This document shows positions 1 through 9,173 of a stretch of 64,000 bases of DNA, piece after piece (the stretch's first letter is position 1; each line of letters opens with the position of its first letter). Location of the stretch: contig OY969934.1 in assembly GCA_963704725.1 (NCBI GenBank), positions 544,001 through 608,000 on the forward strand, in the 5' to 3' direction. Both the position numbers and the translations under genes were made by a program. The DNA is from an uncultured Actinomycetes bacterium (GTDB taxonomy: Bacteria; Actinomycetota; UBA4738; HRBIN12). The notes beneath the pieces are model-generated. The model did no database searches, had not been told where the DNA came from, and saw nothing but the letters and a program-made list of their open reading frames with translations.

Positions 1-1
1 C

Positions 2-2125
2 CGCCGCAGGGGGATCGAGGCCGAGACCTGGTACCTCGTCCCGCTCGGCGAGACGCTCGAGATCTGGAAGACCTCCATCACGAACCACCGTGACGCCCCG
101 GCCCGACTGTCGCTGTTCAGCGGGGTCGAGTTCTGTCTGTGGGACGCGCTGGACGACGCGACGAACTTCCAGCGCAACTACTCCGTGGGCGAGGTGGAGG
201 TCGACGGCGGGGTCATCTTCCACAAGAGCGAGTACCGGGAGCGCCGGAACCACTTCGCGTACTTCGCGTGCTCGGCCGAGGTGGCGGGGTTCGACACACA
301 GCGCGAGGCGTTCCTCGGACCCTACCGAGGGTGGGATCGGCCGCTCGTCGTGGAGACCGGGCGTTCGGGGGGCTCGATCGCCCACGGGTGGGCGCCGATC
401 GGCTCGCACCACGTGGAGCTCGCGCTCGAGCCGGGCCAGACGCGCGACGTGGTCTTCCTCCTTGGCTATGCGGAGAACCCGGCCGACGAGAAGTTCGACC
501 CACCGGGGTCGCAGACGATCGACACGCATCGCGTCCGCCCTGTGATCGACCGATACCTGCGGACCGAGGAGGTCGTCCGAGCGATCGGGCGGATCCAGGA
601 CCGGTGGTCCCAGCTCCTGGAAGCGATGCAGGTCGCCACCCCGAGCGAGCACGTCGACCGCATGGTGAACGTGTGGAACGCGTACCAATGCATGGTGACC
701 TTCAACCTGTCGCGGTCGGCCTCATCGTTCGAGTCGGGGATCGGGCGGGGGATGGGGTTCCGCGACTCGACCCAGGACCTCCTGGGCTTCGTCCACATGG
801 TTCCCGATCGCGCGCGGGAGCGGATCCTGGACATCGCGGCCACGCAGCTTCCGACGGGCGGCGCCTACCACCAGTACCAGCCGCTCACGAAGCGCGGGAA
901 CGACGCCGTCGGCTCCGGTTTCAACGACGATCCGCTGTGGCTGGTGCTCGCGGTCGCCGCGTACCTCAAGGAGACGGGCGACCGGTCGATCCTGGACGAG
1001 GCCGTGCCGTTCGACAACGCGCCCGGATCGGAGGCCCCGCTCCTGGACCACCTGCGGCGCTCCATCGCGTACACGCTCGAGCGCCTCGGTCCGCACGGCC
1101 TGCCGTTGATCGGCCGGGCCGACTGGAACGACTGCCTGAACCTGAACTGCTTCTCGGAGACGCCGGGCGAGTCCTTCCAGACCACCGAGAACCGCGAGGG
1201 TGGGGTCGCCGAGTCGGTGTTCATCGCCGGGCTGTTCGCGCTGGCCGCCGAGGAGATCGCGCAGATCGCCGAGCGCGAGGGGTTGGGCGAGGAGGCCGTC
1301 GAGTATCGAGCCGCTCGCGAACGCATGGCCGCCGCCGTCCGGGACCACGGCTGGGACGGCGAGTGGTTCCGTCGCGCCTACGACTACTTCGGGCGGCCCG
1401 TCGGATCGTCCGAGAACGCGGAGGGCCGCATCTTCATCGAGCCCCAGGGGATGTGCGTGATGGCCGGCCTCGGGCTCGAGGACGGCACCGCCGAGGCGGC
1501 GCTGGCGTCGGTGGAAGAGCACCTGGCGACGCCGCACGGCCTCATGCTGCTCCAGCCGGCCTTCACTCGGTACCACCTCGAGCTCGGCGAGATCGGTTCG
1601 TACCCCCCCGGCTACAAGGAGAACGCCGGGATCTTCTGCCACACCAACCCGTGGGTGATGATCGCGGAGACCCTGGTCGGAAACGGGGATCGCGCGTTCG
1701 ACTACTACCTGCGCATCAACCCGTCGGCGCGGGAGGACCTGAGCGAGGTCCATAGGTGCGAGCCCTACGTCTACGCGCAGATGATCGCGGGCAAGGACGC
1801 GCCCGTCCACGGCGAGGCCAAGAACTCCTGGCTCACGGGGACGGCGGCCTGGAACTTCGTGGCCGTCACGCAGTGGATCCTCGGCATCCGCCCCGAGCAC
1901 GACGGGTTGCGGGTCGACCCATGTGTCCCGGCGGACTGGAATGGATTCCGCGTGTGGAGGCGTCGCTTCCGGGGGGCGATCTACGACATCACGGTGCGGG
2001 TACGGCGCGAGGGCGGCGGGCGCACGTCCCACCTCGTGGTCGACGACCGCCGGATCGAGGGCACGCTGATCCCGCCGGCTCCTCCCGGAGCTCGGGTCAC
2101 GGTGATGGCGACGATCGAGCGATAG
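2..2125 (+). CDS. GH94 glycoside phosphorylase (cellobiose phosphorylase-like), 5'-truncated by window edge
   Basis: Frame open from position 2. Motifs SGIGRGMGFRDSTQD, GRADWNDCLNL, GYKENAGIFCH and KNSWLTGTAAW are typical of cellobiose/chitobiose phosphorylases. Confidence 0.93.
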   Translation, partial: RRRGIEAETWYLVPLGETLEIWKTSITNHRDAPARLSLFSGVEFCLWDALDDATNFQRNYSVGEVEVDGGVIFHKSEYRERRNHFAYFACSAEVAGFDTQREAFLGPYRGWDRPLVVETGRSGGSIAHGWAPIGSHHVELALEPGQTRDVVFLLGYAENPADEKFDPPGSQTIDTHRVRPVIDRYLRTEEVVRAIGRIQDRWSQLLEAMQVATPSEHVDRMVNVWNAYQCMVTFNLSRSASSFESGIGRGMGFRDSTQDLLGFVHMVPDRARERILDIAATQLPTGGAYHQYQPLTKRGNDAVGSGFNDDPLWLVLAVAAYLKETGDRSILDEAVPFDNAPGSEAPLLDHLRRSIAYTLERLGPHGLPLIGRADWNDCLNLNCFSETPGESFQTTENREGGVAESVFIAGLFALAAEEIAQIAEREGLGEEAVEYRAARERMAAAVRDHGWDGEWFRRAYDYFGRPVGSSENAEGRIFIEPQGMCVMAGLGLEDGTAEAALASVEEHLATPHGLMLLQPAFTRYHLELGEIGSYPPGYKENAGIFCHTNPWVMIAETLVGNGDRAFDYYLRINPSAREDLSEVHRCEPYVYAQMIAGKDAPVHGEAKNSWLTGTAAWNFVAVTQWILGIRPEHDGLRVDPCVPADWNGFRVWRRRFRGAIYDITVRVRREGGGRTSHLVVDDRRIEGTLIPPAPPGARVTVMATIER

Positions 2126-3458
2126 CGCTCGCCGCACGTTCGGGCGGCCGCGTCGCTCCGTCCTCAGCCAGCGTCGGAGCCGCCCCGACGGCGGGGACGA
2201 CGACACGGACGGAGGTTCCCCCGTCGACGGTCGAGGCGATCTCGAACGAGCCGCCGACCATCTCCACGCGTTGACGCATCCCCAGGAGCCCGTAGTGGTC
2301 CAGTCCGAGCGACCCGGGCCGGTCCGGGTGCATCCCGATCCCGTCGTCGCCGACCTCCAAGTGGACGGAGCCGCCGACGACCCCGAGCGTGACGTCCACG
2401 GACCGGGCCCGAGCGTGTTTGACGACGTTCGCCAAGGCCTCCTGCGCCACCCGGTACAGGACGATCTCGACGGCCGGCTCGAGGCGCAGCGGGAGCTCGA
2501 CGTTCACGTTCGGCTCGACGTCGGAGCCCTCGACCATCGAGCGGACGAGGTCCCGCAAGGCGGTCACGAGCCCGTACTCGTCCAGGATCGGTGGACGGAG
2601 CCCCGTCATGAGATGGCGGAGCGCGGCGATGTCGTCGCGCAGGAGGCGTTGCACCCGGTCGAGCGACTGGCTCGCAGCCGAGCCGTCCCCGCTCTCGATC
2701 CGTCTGCGCGCCGTCTCCAGCCCGATGTCCAGCGCCGTCAGGTGCTGGATCGGGCCGTCGTGCAGCTCGAGCGAGATCCGCTTGCGCTCCTCCTCGAGGG
2801 AGCTCACCGTGCGGTCGAGGAGGCTTCGGCGTTCCGCCTCGAGGCGACGCAGCTCGAGCAGGAGCGAGCGGAGCTCGCCGTCTCGCTCGACGAGCGCCCG
2901 GTTGGCGTCCTCCAGCTCCCCCGAGTACGCCCGGAGCTGCTCCTCGCTGCGGAGCAGCCGGATGCGAACCCGGGACAGGACCTCGCCGACCATGACGCAC
3001 GTCGGGACCACGAGGATGAGCGAGCTGGCATCGGAGGCGAAGTCGCCGGGCAGGAGAAGCAGCGGCAGCAGGTACGAGACGACGAGGAGCGGCGAGGCGA
3101 TCAGCGATGCCCCCGAAGGACGCGTCATGCCGAGCCACACGAAGACGACCACGTAGTAGCTGCTGTAGGAGTACGGCGCGTACCCGTTGAACACGTTGCC
3201 GGCCGAGATGAGTGCCAGCGCGACGGGGAGCAGGACCAGGTTCGTCCGGGGCGGCCAGCGCTCCCACGGCAGGCGCCACACCACCGCGCCGAGAGTGACG
3301 GCGATGCCGCCGACGGACGCCAGGGCGGAGCGGTTGATGTCCGGCGGGCCGGGCAGGATCGCCGCCAGCCCGGCCACCATCCCCCCGCCCACCAGGAACG
3401 CCGAGCCCAGTCGCGGTCCGCTGGGATGGAGCCAGGAGGGCGCGATCGACCTACTCAT
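2097..3458 (-). CDS. Membrane-bound sensor histidine kinase (HisKA_3/HATPase_c), orphan
   Basis: N-terminal TM helices, coiled coil, EERKRISLELHDGPIQ H-box, YRVAQEALANVVKHA, DDGIG, GLLGMRQR. Start taken at ATG 3458; the ORF extension to 4271 is antisense to asnA. Confidence 0.88.
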   Translation of the reverse strand: MSRSIAPSWLHPSGPRLGSAFLVGGGMVAGLAAILPGPPDINRSALASVGGIAVTLGAVVWRLPWERWPPRTNLVLLPVALALISAGNVFNGYAPYSYSSYYVVVFVWLGMTRPSGASLIASPLLVVSYLLPLLLLPGDFASDASSLILVVPTCVMVGEVLSRVRIRLLRSEEQLRAYSGELEDANRALVERDGELRSLLLELRRLEAERRSLLDRTVSSLEEERKRISLELHDGPIQHLTALDIGLETARRRIESGDGSAASQSLDRVQRLLRDDIAALRHLMTGLRPPILDEYGLVTALRDLVRSMVEGSDVEPNVNVELPLRLEPAVEIVLYRVAQEALANVVKHARARSVDVTLGVVGGSVHLEVGDDGIGMHPDRPGSLGLDHYGLLGMRQRVEMVGGSFEIASTVDGGTSVRVVVPAVGAAPTLAEDGATRPPERAASAIARSSPSP

Positions 3459-3632
3459 CCCAGCGTTCCTGTCGGGAGTTCGGGGGTCGACCTTGAGGTG
3501 TCCGATCGGCGGGCGGGCCGAACGCCCCCATCGGACCGGTCCCATCGCACCCCCGTCGCCGCCGGCCCCGGGCGCAGAGTCTGACCGCGGAGCGCGCCGC
3601 ATTCCGGCCGCCTGCTCGAAGCGTGGAGGGAC

Positions 3633-4787
3633 ATGATGAAGATCGGGGACGTCGAACAGGGCAAGCGGGCGGACCTGGCCGGGCCCGGGATCGGCAGCTA
3701 CGAGGAGCTGGACCGCGTGCTCCCCAACGACTACCGCTCGCTGCTCTCGCCGCGCGAGACGCAGGAGGCGATCTTCGAGGTGAAGCGGTTCATCGAGGAC
3801 GCCCTGTGCCGAGAGCTCGGGCTCATCATGGTGCAGGTCCCGCTGATCGTCGATGCCGACTCCGGGGTCAACGACATGCTCGACCGTGACGGGTCCCGGG
3901 GGCCGGTGCAATTCCACATCTCCAACGACCGCGACGTGCACCCCATCGAGGCGCAGGTCGTGCAGGCCGCGACGAAGTGGAAGCGCATCGCGTTGAAGCA
4001 GTTCGGCATGGGCGTGGGCGAGGGCATCTGCACCGACATGCGTGCCGTCCGCAAGGACTACTTCCTGGACCACGATCACAGCGCCTACGTCGACCAGTGG
4101 GACTGGGAGCGCGTCGTCACCGAGGACCGGCGGAACCTCGACGAGCTGAAGAAGGCCGTGCGGGCGATCTGGCGCGTCCTGCGCGGCGTCGAGACGCACG
4201 TCCAGGAGCTGTTCCCGCAGCTCCGCGACGAGCGGTTCCCCGATCTTCCCGAGGAGATCACGTTCCTGCACGCCGAGGAGATCCTCGCGCGGTACCCGGA
4301 CCTACCTCGCAAGCAGCGCGAGACGATGATCCTGCAGGAGCACCCGGCGATCTTCATCGTGGGGATCGGCTGGACGCTCGCCGACGGCTACCCGCACGAG
4401 CTGCGAGCCGCCGACTACGACGACTGGGTGACCGAGACGGTCCTCGGGCGCGACGGGCACCCGATGCACGGGCTGAACGGCGACATCCTCGTGTGGAACC
4501 ACGTCACGCAGCGCCGGCACGAGCTCTCCTCGATGGGCATCCGGGTGAACGCCGAGACGCTCCGCAAGCAGCTCGAGCTCACCGGTCAGCTCGACTGGCT
4601 GACCCTCCCGTACCACCGCGGCATCACGTCGGGGGAGCTCCCCCTGTCGATCGGCGGCGGGATCGGCCAGTCGCGGACGCAGATGCTGCTCCTGCGCAAG
4701 GCGCATCTCGGCGAGGTGAGCGTCACGGTGTGGCCGGCCGTCCTGAAAGACCTGTGCGCCCGACACGGGATCAACGTCATCGAATAG
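3633..4787 (+). CDS. asnA: Aspartate--ammonia ligase (asparagine synthetase A)
   Basis: Motifs QVVQAATKWKR, DMRAVRKD, HSAYVDQWDWE, RAADYDDW, GLNGDILVW, ELSSMGIRV, SIGGGIGQSR. RBS GGAGGG upstream. Confidence 0.93.
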   Translation: MMKIGDVEQGKRADLAGPGIGSYEELDRVLPNDYRSLLSPRETQEAIFEVKRFIEDALCRELGLIMVQVPLIVDADSGVNDMLDRDGSRGPVQFHISNDRDVHPIEAQVVQAATKWKRIALKQFGMGVGEGICTDMRAVRKDYFLDHDHSAYVDQWDWERVVTEDRRNLDELKKAVRAIWRVLRGVETHVQELFPQLRDERFPDLPEEITFLHAEEILARYPDLPRKQRETMILQEHPAIFIVGIGWTLADGYPHELRAADYDDWVTETVLGRDGHPMHGLNGDILVWNHVTQRRHELSSMGIRVNAETLRKQLELTGQLDWLTLPYHRGITSGELPLSIGGGIGQSRTQMLLLRKAHLGEVSVTVWPAVLKDLCARHGINVIE

Positions 4788-5796
4788 CCGCCGTGCTGTC
4801 GCGGACGACGAGCGAGGTGGCGAGCTCGACCCGGCGGTCGCCGCCGCGACCGAGGACGAGGCGGGCGGCCGTCGCCCCCATCTCGCTCAGTGGCTGCCGA
4901 ACGGTGGTGAGCGGCGGCCAGGCCCACCGGGCCATCGGCAGGTCGTCGAATCCCACGACGCTCAGCTCGCCGGGGACGCCGAGGCCGAGCACGCGCGCGG
5001 CCTCGTAGACCCCGAACGCCTGCAGGTCGCTGCCGGCGAAGATCGCGGTCGGTCGATCGGGGAGCGTCAGCAACGAGCGGCCCTGCTCGTATCCGCTCTC
5101 GACGTGGAAGTCGCCCCACCGGATCAGCTCGGGGTCGACGGCGTGACCCGCCGTTTCGAGGGCGGCCCGGTACCCGTCCACCCGCGCCCGGCTGCACAGG
5201 ATCGTGGCCGGCCCGCCGATCATCCCCACGCGTCGGTGGCCGAGCTCGAGCAGGTACCTCGTGGCGACGAGACCCCCGTTCCAGTTGGTGGCCCCAACCG
5301 AGGGCACGTCCGCCGCCGGCTCGCCCGCCGGGTCCAGGACCACGAACGGGATGCTCCGGGCGCGAAGGGTGCCGATCTGCTCGCGGCTCAGCTCGGACAC
5401 GACGAGGATCACGCCGGCGCCGCGGCGCGATGCGACCACGTCGATCCAGGAGCGTCCGAGCGCCCCCGGGCCCCGCTGCGCCGACACCACCACGCTCAGG
5501 CCCTGCTGGCGCGCCACCCGCTCCACGCCGCGGATGATCTCGATCGCCCAGGGGCTCTCGAGCTCGTTGAACACGAGGTCGATGAGCTCGGCCGTCGGCT
5601 TGCGAGCCGGTGCGCGGCGACGGTAGCCGTGCTCGCGGAGCAGGAGCTCGACGCGGGCCCGGGTCTCGGCGGCGACGTCGGCCCGTCCGTTCACCACCTT
5701 GGAGACCGTCGGGACCGAGACGCCTGCCAGCCGAGCGATCTGGGCGATCGTGACCCGCCCGTCTCCGTTCCCGTTACCGTTCCCGTCCTGCGTCAT
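4777..5796 (-). CDS. LacI-family repressor (BxlR-like)
   Basis: TIAQIARLAGVSVPTVSKVVNG HTH, ELSVVGFDD, PPLTTVRQP. Divergent from the sugar ABC operon. Confidence 0.93.
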   Translation of the reverse strand: MTQDGNGNGNGDGRVTIAQIARLAGVSVPTVSKVVNGRADVAAETRARVELLLREHGYRRRAPARKPTAELIDLVFNELESPWAIEIIRGVERVARQQGLSVVVSAQRGPGALGRSWIDVVASRRGAGVILVVSELSREQIGTLRARSIPFVVLDPAGEPAADVPSVGATNWNGGLVATRYLLELGHRRVGMIGGPATILCSRARVDGYRAALETAGHAVDPELIRWGDFHVESGYEQGRSLLTLPDRPTAIFAGSDLQAFGVYEAARVLGLGVPGELSVVGFDDLPMARWAWPPLTTVRQPLSEMGATAARLVLGRGGDRRVELATSLVVRDSTAAIR

Positions 5797-5798
5797 GC

Positions 5799-5821
5799 TC
5801 GAAAGTTATCAGAACTTTCGA
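5799..5821. promoter_or_regulatory. LacI operator, inverted repeat TCGAAAGTT-ATCAG-AACTTTCGA
   Basis: Perfect 9-bp inverted repeat 2 nt upstream of the lacI start. Fits the CGAA-Nx-TTCG type site described for Streptomyces BxlR. Confidence 0.75.
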
Positions 5822-5870
5822 AACATGGTGGGACAACGATCTCGGCCCCGAGGCCTGCAGCACGGCTGGA

Positions 5871-5934
5871 TTGACAGGATGCAGGCATGGGTCCAGACTC
5901 CAACGAAAGGTCGGGCCTGAGGGCGAAAGTTTCG
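5871..5934 (+). promoter_or_regulatory. Sigma70-type promoter TTGACA-17-CAGACT with downstream operator CGAAAGTTTCG (5924-5934)
   Basis: TTGACA at 5871-5876, CAGACT at 5894-5899, and a palindrome of the same CGAAA..TTTCG type as the site at 5799. Confidence 0.7.
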
Positions 5935-6008
5935 TGCTCGACCCGATGGACCCGCACATCGGTCGGTGGGCGTCGGCGGGGACGAACGTCGGGGGGAAGG
6001 AGGCCGAG

Positions 6009-7340
6009 ATGAGATCGAGGCGCCGGATCGCGACGCTTGTGGCGGTGATCGCGCTGGTGGGCGCCGCCTGCTCGAACGACGGGGGCGAGGCGCAGGACGA
6101 AGGCCAGGACCAGGGGCAGGGCTCGGCCTCGCCGGAGACGACGGAGCCCGTCACGATCGAGTGGTGGCACATCCAGAACAACGACCCCGGTCTGTCGATC
6201 TGGCAGGATGCGGCGGACGCGTACATGGCCGATCATCCGAACGTCACGGTCAACGTCACGGTCCTGGAGAACGAGGCGTTCAAGGCCAAGATCACGACGA
6301 ACATGCAGGCCGGCGATCCGCCGGACCTGTTCCAGTCCTGGGGCGGTGGTGGATTGCTCGAGCAGGTCAACGCCGGGCTCGTGGCCGACATCACGGAGGC
6401 GGTCGCCCCGTGGGTCGGCGATATCAACGCCGGGGCCGCGAGCATGTACCAGGTGGACGGCCGGCAGTACGGGATCCCATTCGATCTCGGGCTGGTGGGC
6501 ATCTGGTACAACAAGGACCTCTTCGCCGAGGCCGGCATCGACTCGCCCCCCGCCACGTGGGACGACCTGCTCGCCGTCGTCGACACGCTGAAGGCCGCCG
6601 GCATCACGCCGATCGCGGTCGGCGAGGGCGACAAGTGGCCGGGCATGTTCTGGTGGGCGTACCTGTCGATCCGGATGTGCGGCGCCGACGTCATGCAGCA
6701 GGCGGCGTCCGATCCGTCCGCGTTCGAGAACCCCTGCTTCGTGCAGGCGGGCGAGAAGCTGAAGGAGTTGATCGACCAGGAGCCGTTCCAGGACGGCTTC
6801 CTCGCGACCCCGTGGGAGGGCGCGACGGGTGAAGCGGCACTGGTCGCCAACGGCCGCGCCGCCATGGACCTCATGGGCCAGTGGGCGCCCGGCACGATGA
6901 CGGCGAACGCCGAGAACGGCGAGGGCCTCGGCGAGGCGCTCGGGTGGTTCCCGTTCCCGGCCGTGGCGGACGGGGCCGGCGCCCCGACCGACGGGTTCGG
7001 CGGGGGCAACGGCTTCGCCGTCGGAGCCAACGCGCCGCTCCCGGAGACCGTCGACTTCCTGCACTACCTGGTCAGCACCGAGGTCGCGACGGAGTTCGGC
7101 GCGAGCAACAGCGGCATCCTGCCCGTCACGGTGGGAACCGAGAGCTCGGTGACCGATCCGAACCTCACGTCGCTGCTGGATGGGCGGGCGCAGGCGCAGT
7201 ACGTCCAGCTCTACCTCGACCAGGCGTTCCCGCCGGCGGTCGGCCTGGAGCTGAACGACGTCATCCAGACCCTGTACGCGGGCGACTCGACGCCGGAGGA
7301 GGTCGCGCAGGCGATCGCGGATGCCGCAGCAGCAGGCTGA
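6009..7340 (+). CDS. Sugar ABC transporter substrate-binding lipoprotein (BxlE-like)
   Basis: Lipobox LVGAAC, PPDLFQSWGGG, YNKDLF, AAMDLMGQW. RBS AAGGAGG before ATG 6009. Confidence 0.9.
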   Translation: MRSRRRIATLVAVIALVGAACSNDGGEAQDEGQDQGQGSASPETTEPVTIEWWHIQNNDPGLSIWQDAADAYMADHPNVTVNVTVLENEAFKAKITTNMQAGDPPDLFQSWGGGGLLEQVNAGLVADITEAVAPWVGDINAGAASMYQVDGRQYGIPFDLGLVGIWYNKDLFAEAGIDSPPATWDDLLAVVDTLKAAGITPIAVGEGDKWPGMFWWAYLSIRMCGADVMQQAASDPSAFENPCFVQAGEKLKELIDQEPFQDGFLATPWEGATGEAALVANGRAAMDLMGQWAPGTMTANAENGEGLGEALGWFPFPAVADGAGAPTDGFGGGNGFAVGANAPLPETVDFLHYLVSTEVATEFGASNSGILPVTVGTESSVTDPNLTSLLDGRAQAQYVQLYLDQAFPPAVGLELNDVIQTLYAGDSTPEEVAQAIADAAAAG

Positions 7341-8310
7341 GTTCCCCCTGCCTCGGTTGCGGGTCGCGGCGAGCGGCCCGCAACCGAGGCACCCCCGAAC
7401 ACACGAAGGTCGGAGACGTCGGCAATGGGTGACGATCGCGCTGTTCCTGGCGCCCGCGCTCGGGCTCTATCTGCTGTTCGTGGTGGCGCCGATCGTGCAG
7501 GCGACGTACTACAGCCTGTTCGACTGGAGCGGGCTTGGTCCGATCACGAACTTCGTCGGCTTGGAGAACTACCGGCGGGCGGTCACCGACACGGTCTTCC
7601 TCTCGGCGATCCGGCACAACGGGATCATCATCCTACTCTCGCTGGGGTTGCAGCTTCCGTTCGCGCTGGGGCTGGCGCTGATCCTCAACACGCGCATCCG
7701 CGGGCGGGCGATCCTGCGCCTGCTCTTCTTCGCGCCGTTCGTGGTCTCCCAGGTGGTCACCGGTGTGGTGTGGACGCTCATGTTGCAGCCCCACGGGCTC
7801 GTCGATCGCACGATGGATTCGGCCGGGCTCGGCTTCGCGGTTCAGGAGTGGCTCGCCAACCCGAAGGTGGTCCTCTACACGGTGTTCGTCGTGATCTCGT
7901 GGAAGTACTTCGGGTTCCACATGATCCTGTACCTGACGGGGCTGCAGCAGATCCCCCGCGAGCTGGCGGAGGCGGCAGCGATCGACGGCGCGACGCCGTG
8001 GCAGACGATCCGCTACGTCACGCTCCCCCTGCTCGGCCCGACGATCCGGGTGAGCGTCTTTCTTTCGATCATCGGGTCGCTACAGGTGTTCGACCTCGTG
8101 TGGGTCATGACGGGCGGCGGGCCCGTCCACGCCTCCAACACGATGACGGTCTACCTGATCGACTGGGGGTTCAAGCGGTTCCAGCTCGGCTACGGCAGTG
8201 CGGTGGCGATCATCCTGTTCGTGATCTCGCTCGTGCTCGCGTTCGTCTACCAGCGGGTCGTGATGCGGCGCGACATCGAGGGGGCCGTGACGGCGGTGGG
8301 GGTCCGGTGA
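7321..8310 (+). CDS. Sugar ABC transporter permease (start uncertain)
   Basis: FVGLENY, EAAAIDGA EAA loop, multiple TM segments. Confidence 0.9.
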   Translation: MPQQQAEFPLPRLRVAASGPQPRHPRTHEGRRRRQWVTIALFLAPALGLYLLFVVAPIVQATYYSLFDWSGLGPITNFVGLENYRRAVTDTVFLSAIRHNGIIILLSLGLQLPFALGLALILNTRIRGRAILRLLFFAPFVVSQVVTGVVWTLMLQPHGLVDRTMDSAGLGFAVQEWLANPKVVLYTVFVVISWKYFGFHMILYLTGLQQIPRELAEAAAIDGATPWQTIRYVTLPLLGPTIRVSVFLSIIGSLQVFDLVWVMTGGGPVHASNTMTVYLIDWGFKRFQLGYGSAVAIILFVISLVLAFVYQRVVMRRDIEGAVTAVGVR

Positions 8311-9173
8311 GCGTCATCGCCTCGCCCGTCGCTGCCCGCACCCCGCGGATCCGCGGTGCCGTGGGGCGAGCTCCCATGTACGTGCTCGTGCTCTTGGTCG
8401 CGGGCGCCGTCCTGCTCCCGGTCGTGTACGCGGTCCTAGGCGGGTTCCGAACGACCGGTCAGATCGCCGCCCACCCGGTCGGCTTGCCGAGCCCGTGGAT
8501 CTTCTCCAACTACCTCGACGTCCTCGGCTCGGGCGGTTTCTGGCAGCAGGTCGGCAACAGCGCGATCATCGCCGTGCTCACGGTCGTCATGATCGTCGGG
8601 CTGGCCTCGCTCGCCGCGTTCGTCTTCGCGCGCTTCGTGTTCCGGGGCCGGGAGCTCTTCTACACGTTCTTCACGCTCGGCCTGCTGTTCCCCCTGGCCG
8701 TGGCGATCCTGCCGCTGTTCATCACGGTCCGTCAGCTCGGCCTCCTGAACACGCCATTCGGGGTGGCGCTGCCGCAGGCGGCCTTCGACCTGCCGCTCAC
8801 GATCGTGATCCTGCGGCCGTTCTTCCGCGACATCCCCGGCGAGCTCGAGGACGCCGCCGCGATCGACGGCGCCAGCGCCTTCGAGTTCTTCTGGCACATC
8901 GTCTTGCCGATGTCGCGCCCCGTTCTGGCCACCGTCGCCGTGCTGGGGATCGTGAACAGCTGGAACGCGTTCTTGCTTCCGCTCGTGGTGCTGACCGACC
9001 CGTCGCAATGGACGCTCCCGCTCGGCGTGACGAACTTCTCGACCCAGTACTCGGTGGACACGGCCCGGGTGCTGGCGTTCACGACCCTCTCGATCGTGCC
9101 GACGCTCGTGTTCTACGTCTTCGCGGAGCGACAGCTCGTGAGCGGCCTGACGGCCGGGGCGGTGAAGGGATGA
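8307..9173 (+). CDS. Sugar ABC transporter permease
   Basis: GTG overlaps the upstream TGA. LEDAAAIDGAS loop, WNAFLLPLV, GLTAGAVKG C-terminus. Confidence 0.9.
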   Translation: MSVIASPVAARTPRIRGAVGRAPMYVLVLLVAGAVLLPVVYAVLGGFRTTGQIAAHPVGLPSPWIFSNYLDVLGSGGFWQQVGNSAIIAVLTVVMIVGLASLAAFVFARFVFRGRELFYTFFTLGLLFPLAVAILPLFITVRQLGLLNTPFGVALPQAAFDLPLTIVILRPFFRDIPGELEDAAAIDGASAFEFFWHIVLPMSRPVLATVAVLGIVNSWNAFLLPLVVLTDPSQWTLPLGVTNFSTQYSVDTARVLAFTTLSIVPTLVFYVFAERQLVSGLTAGAVKG

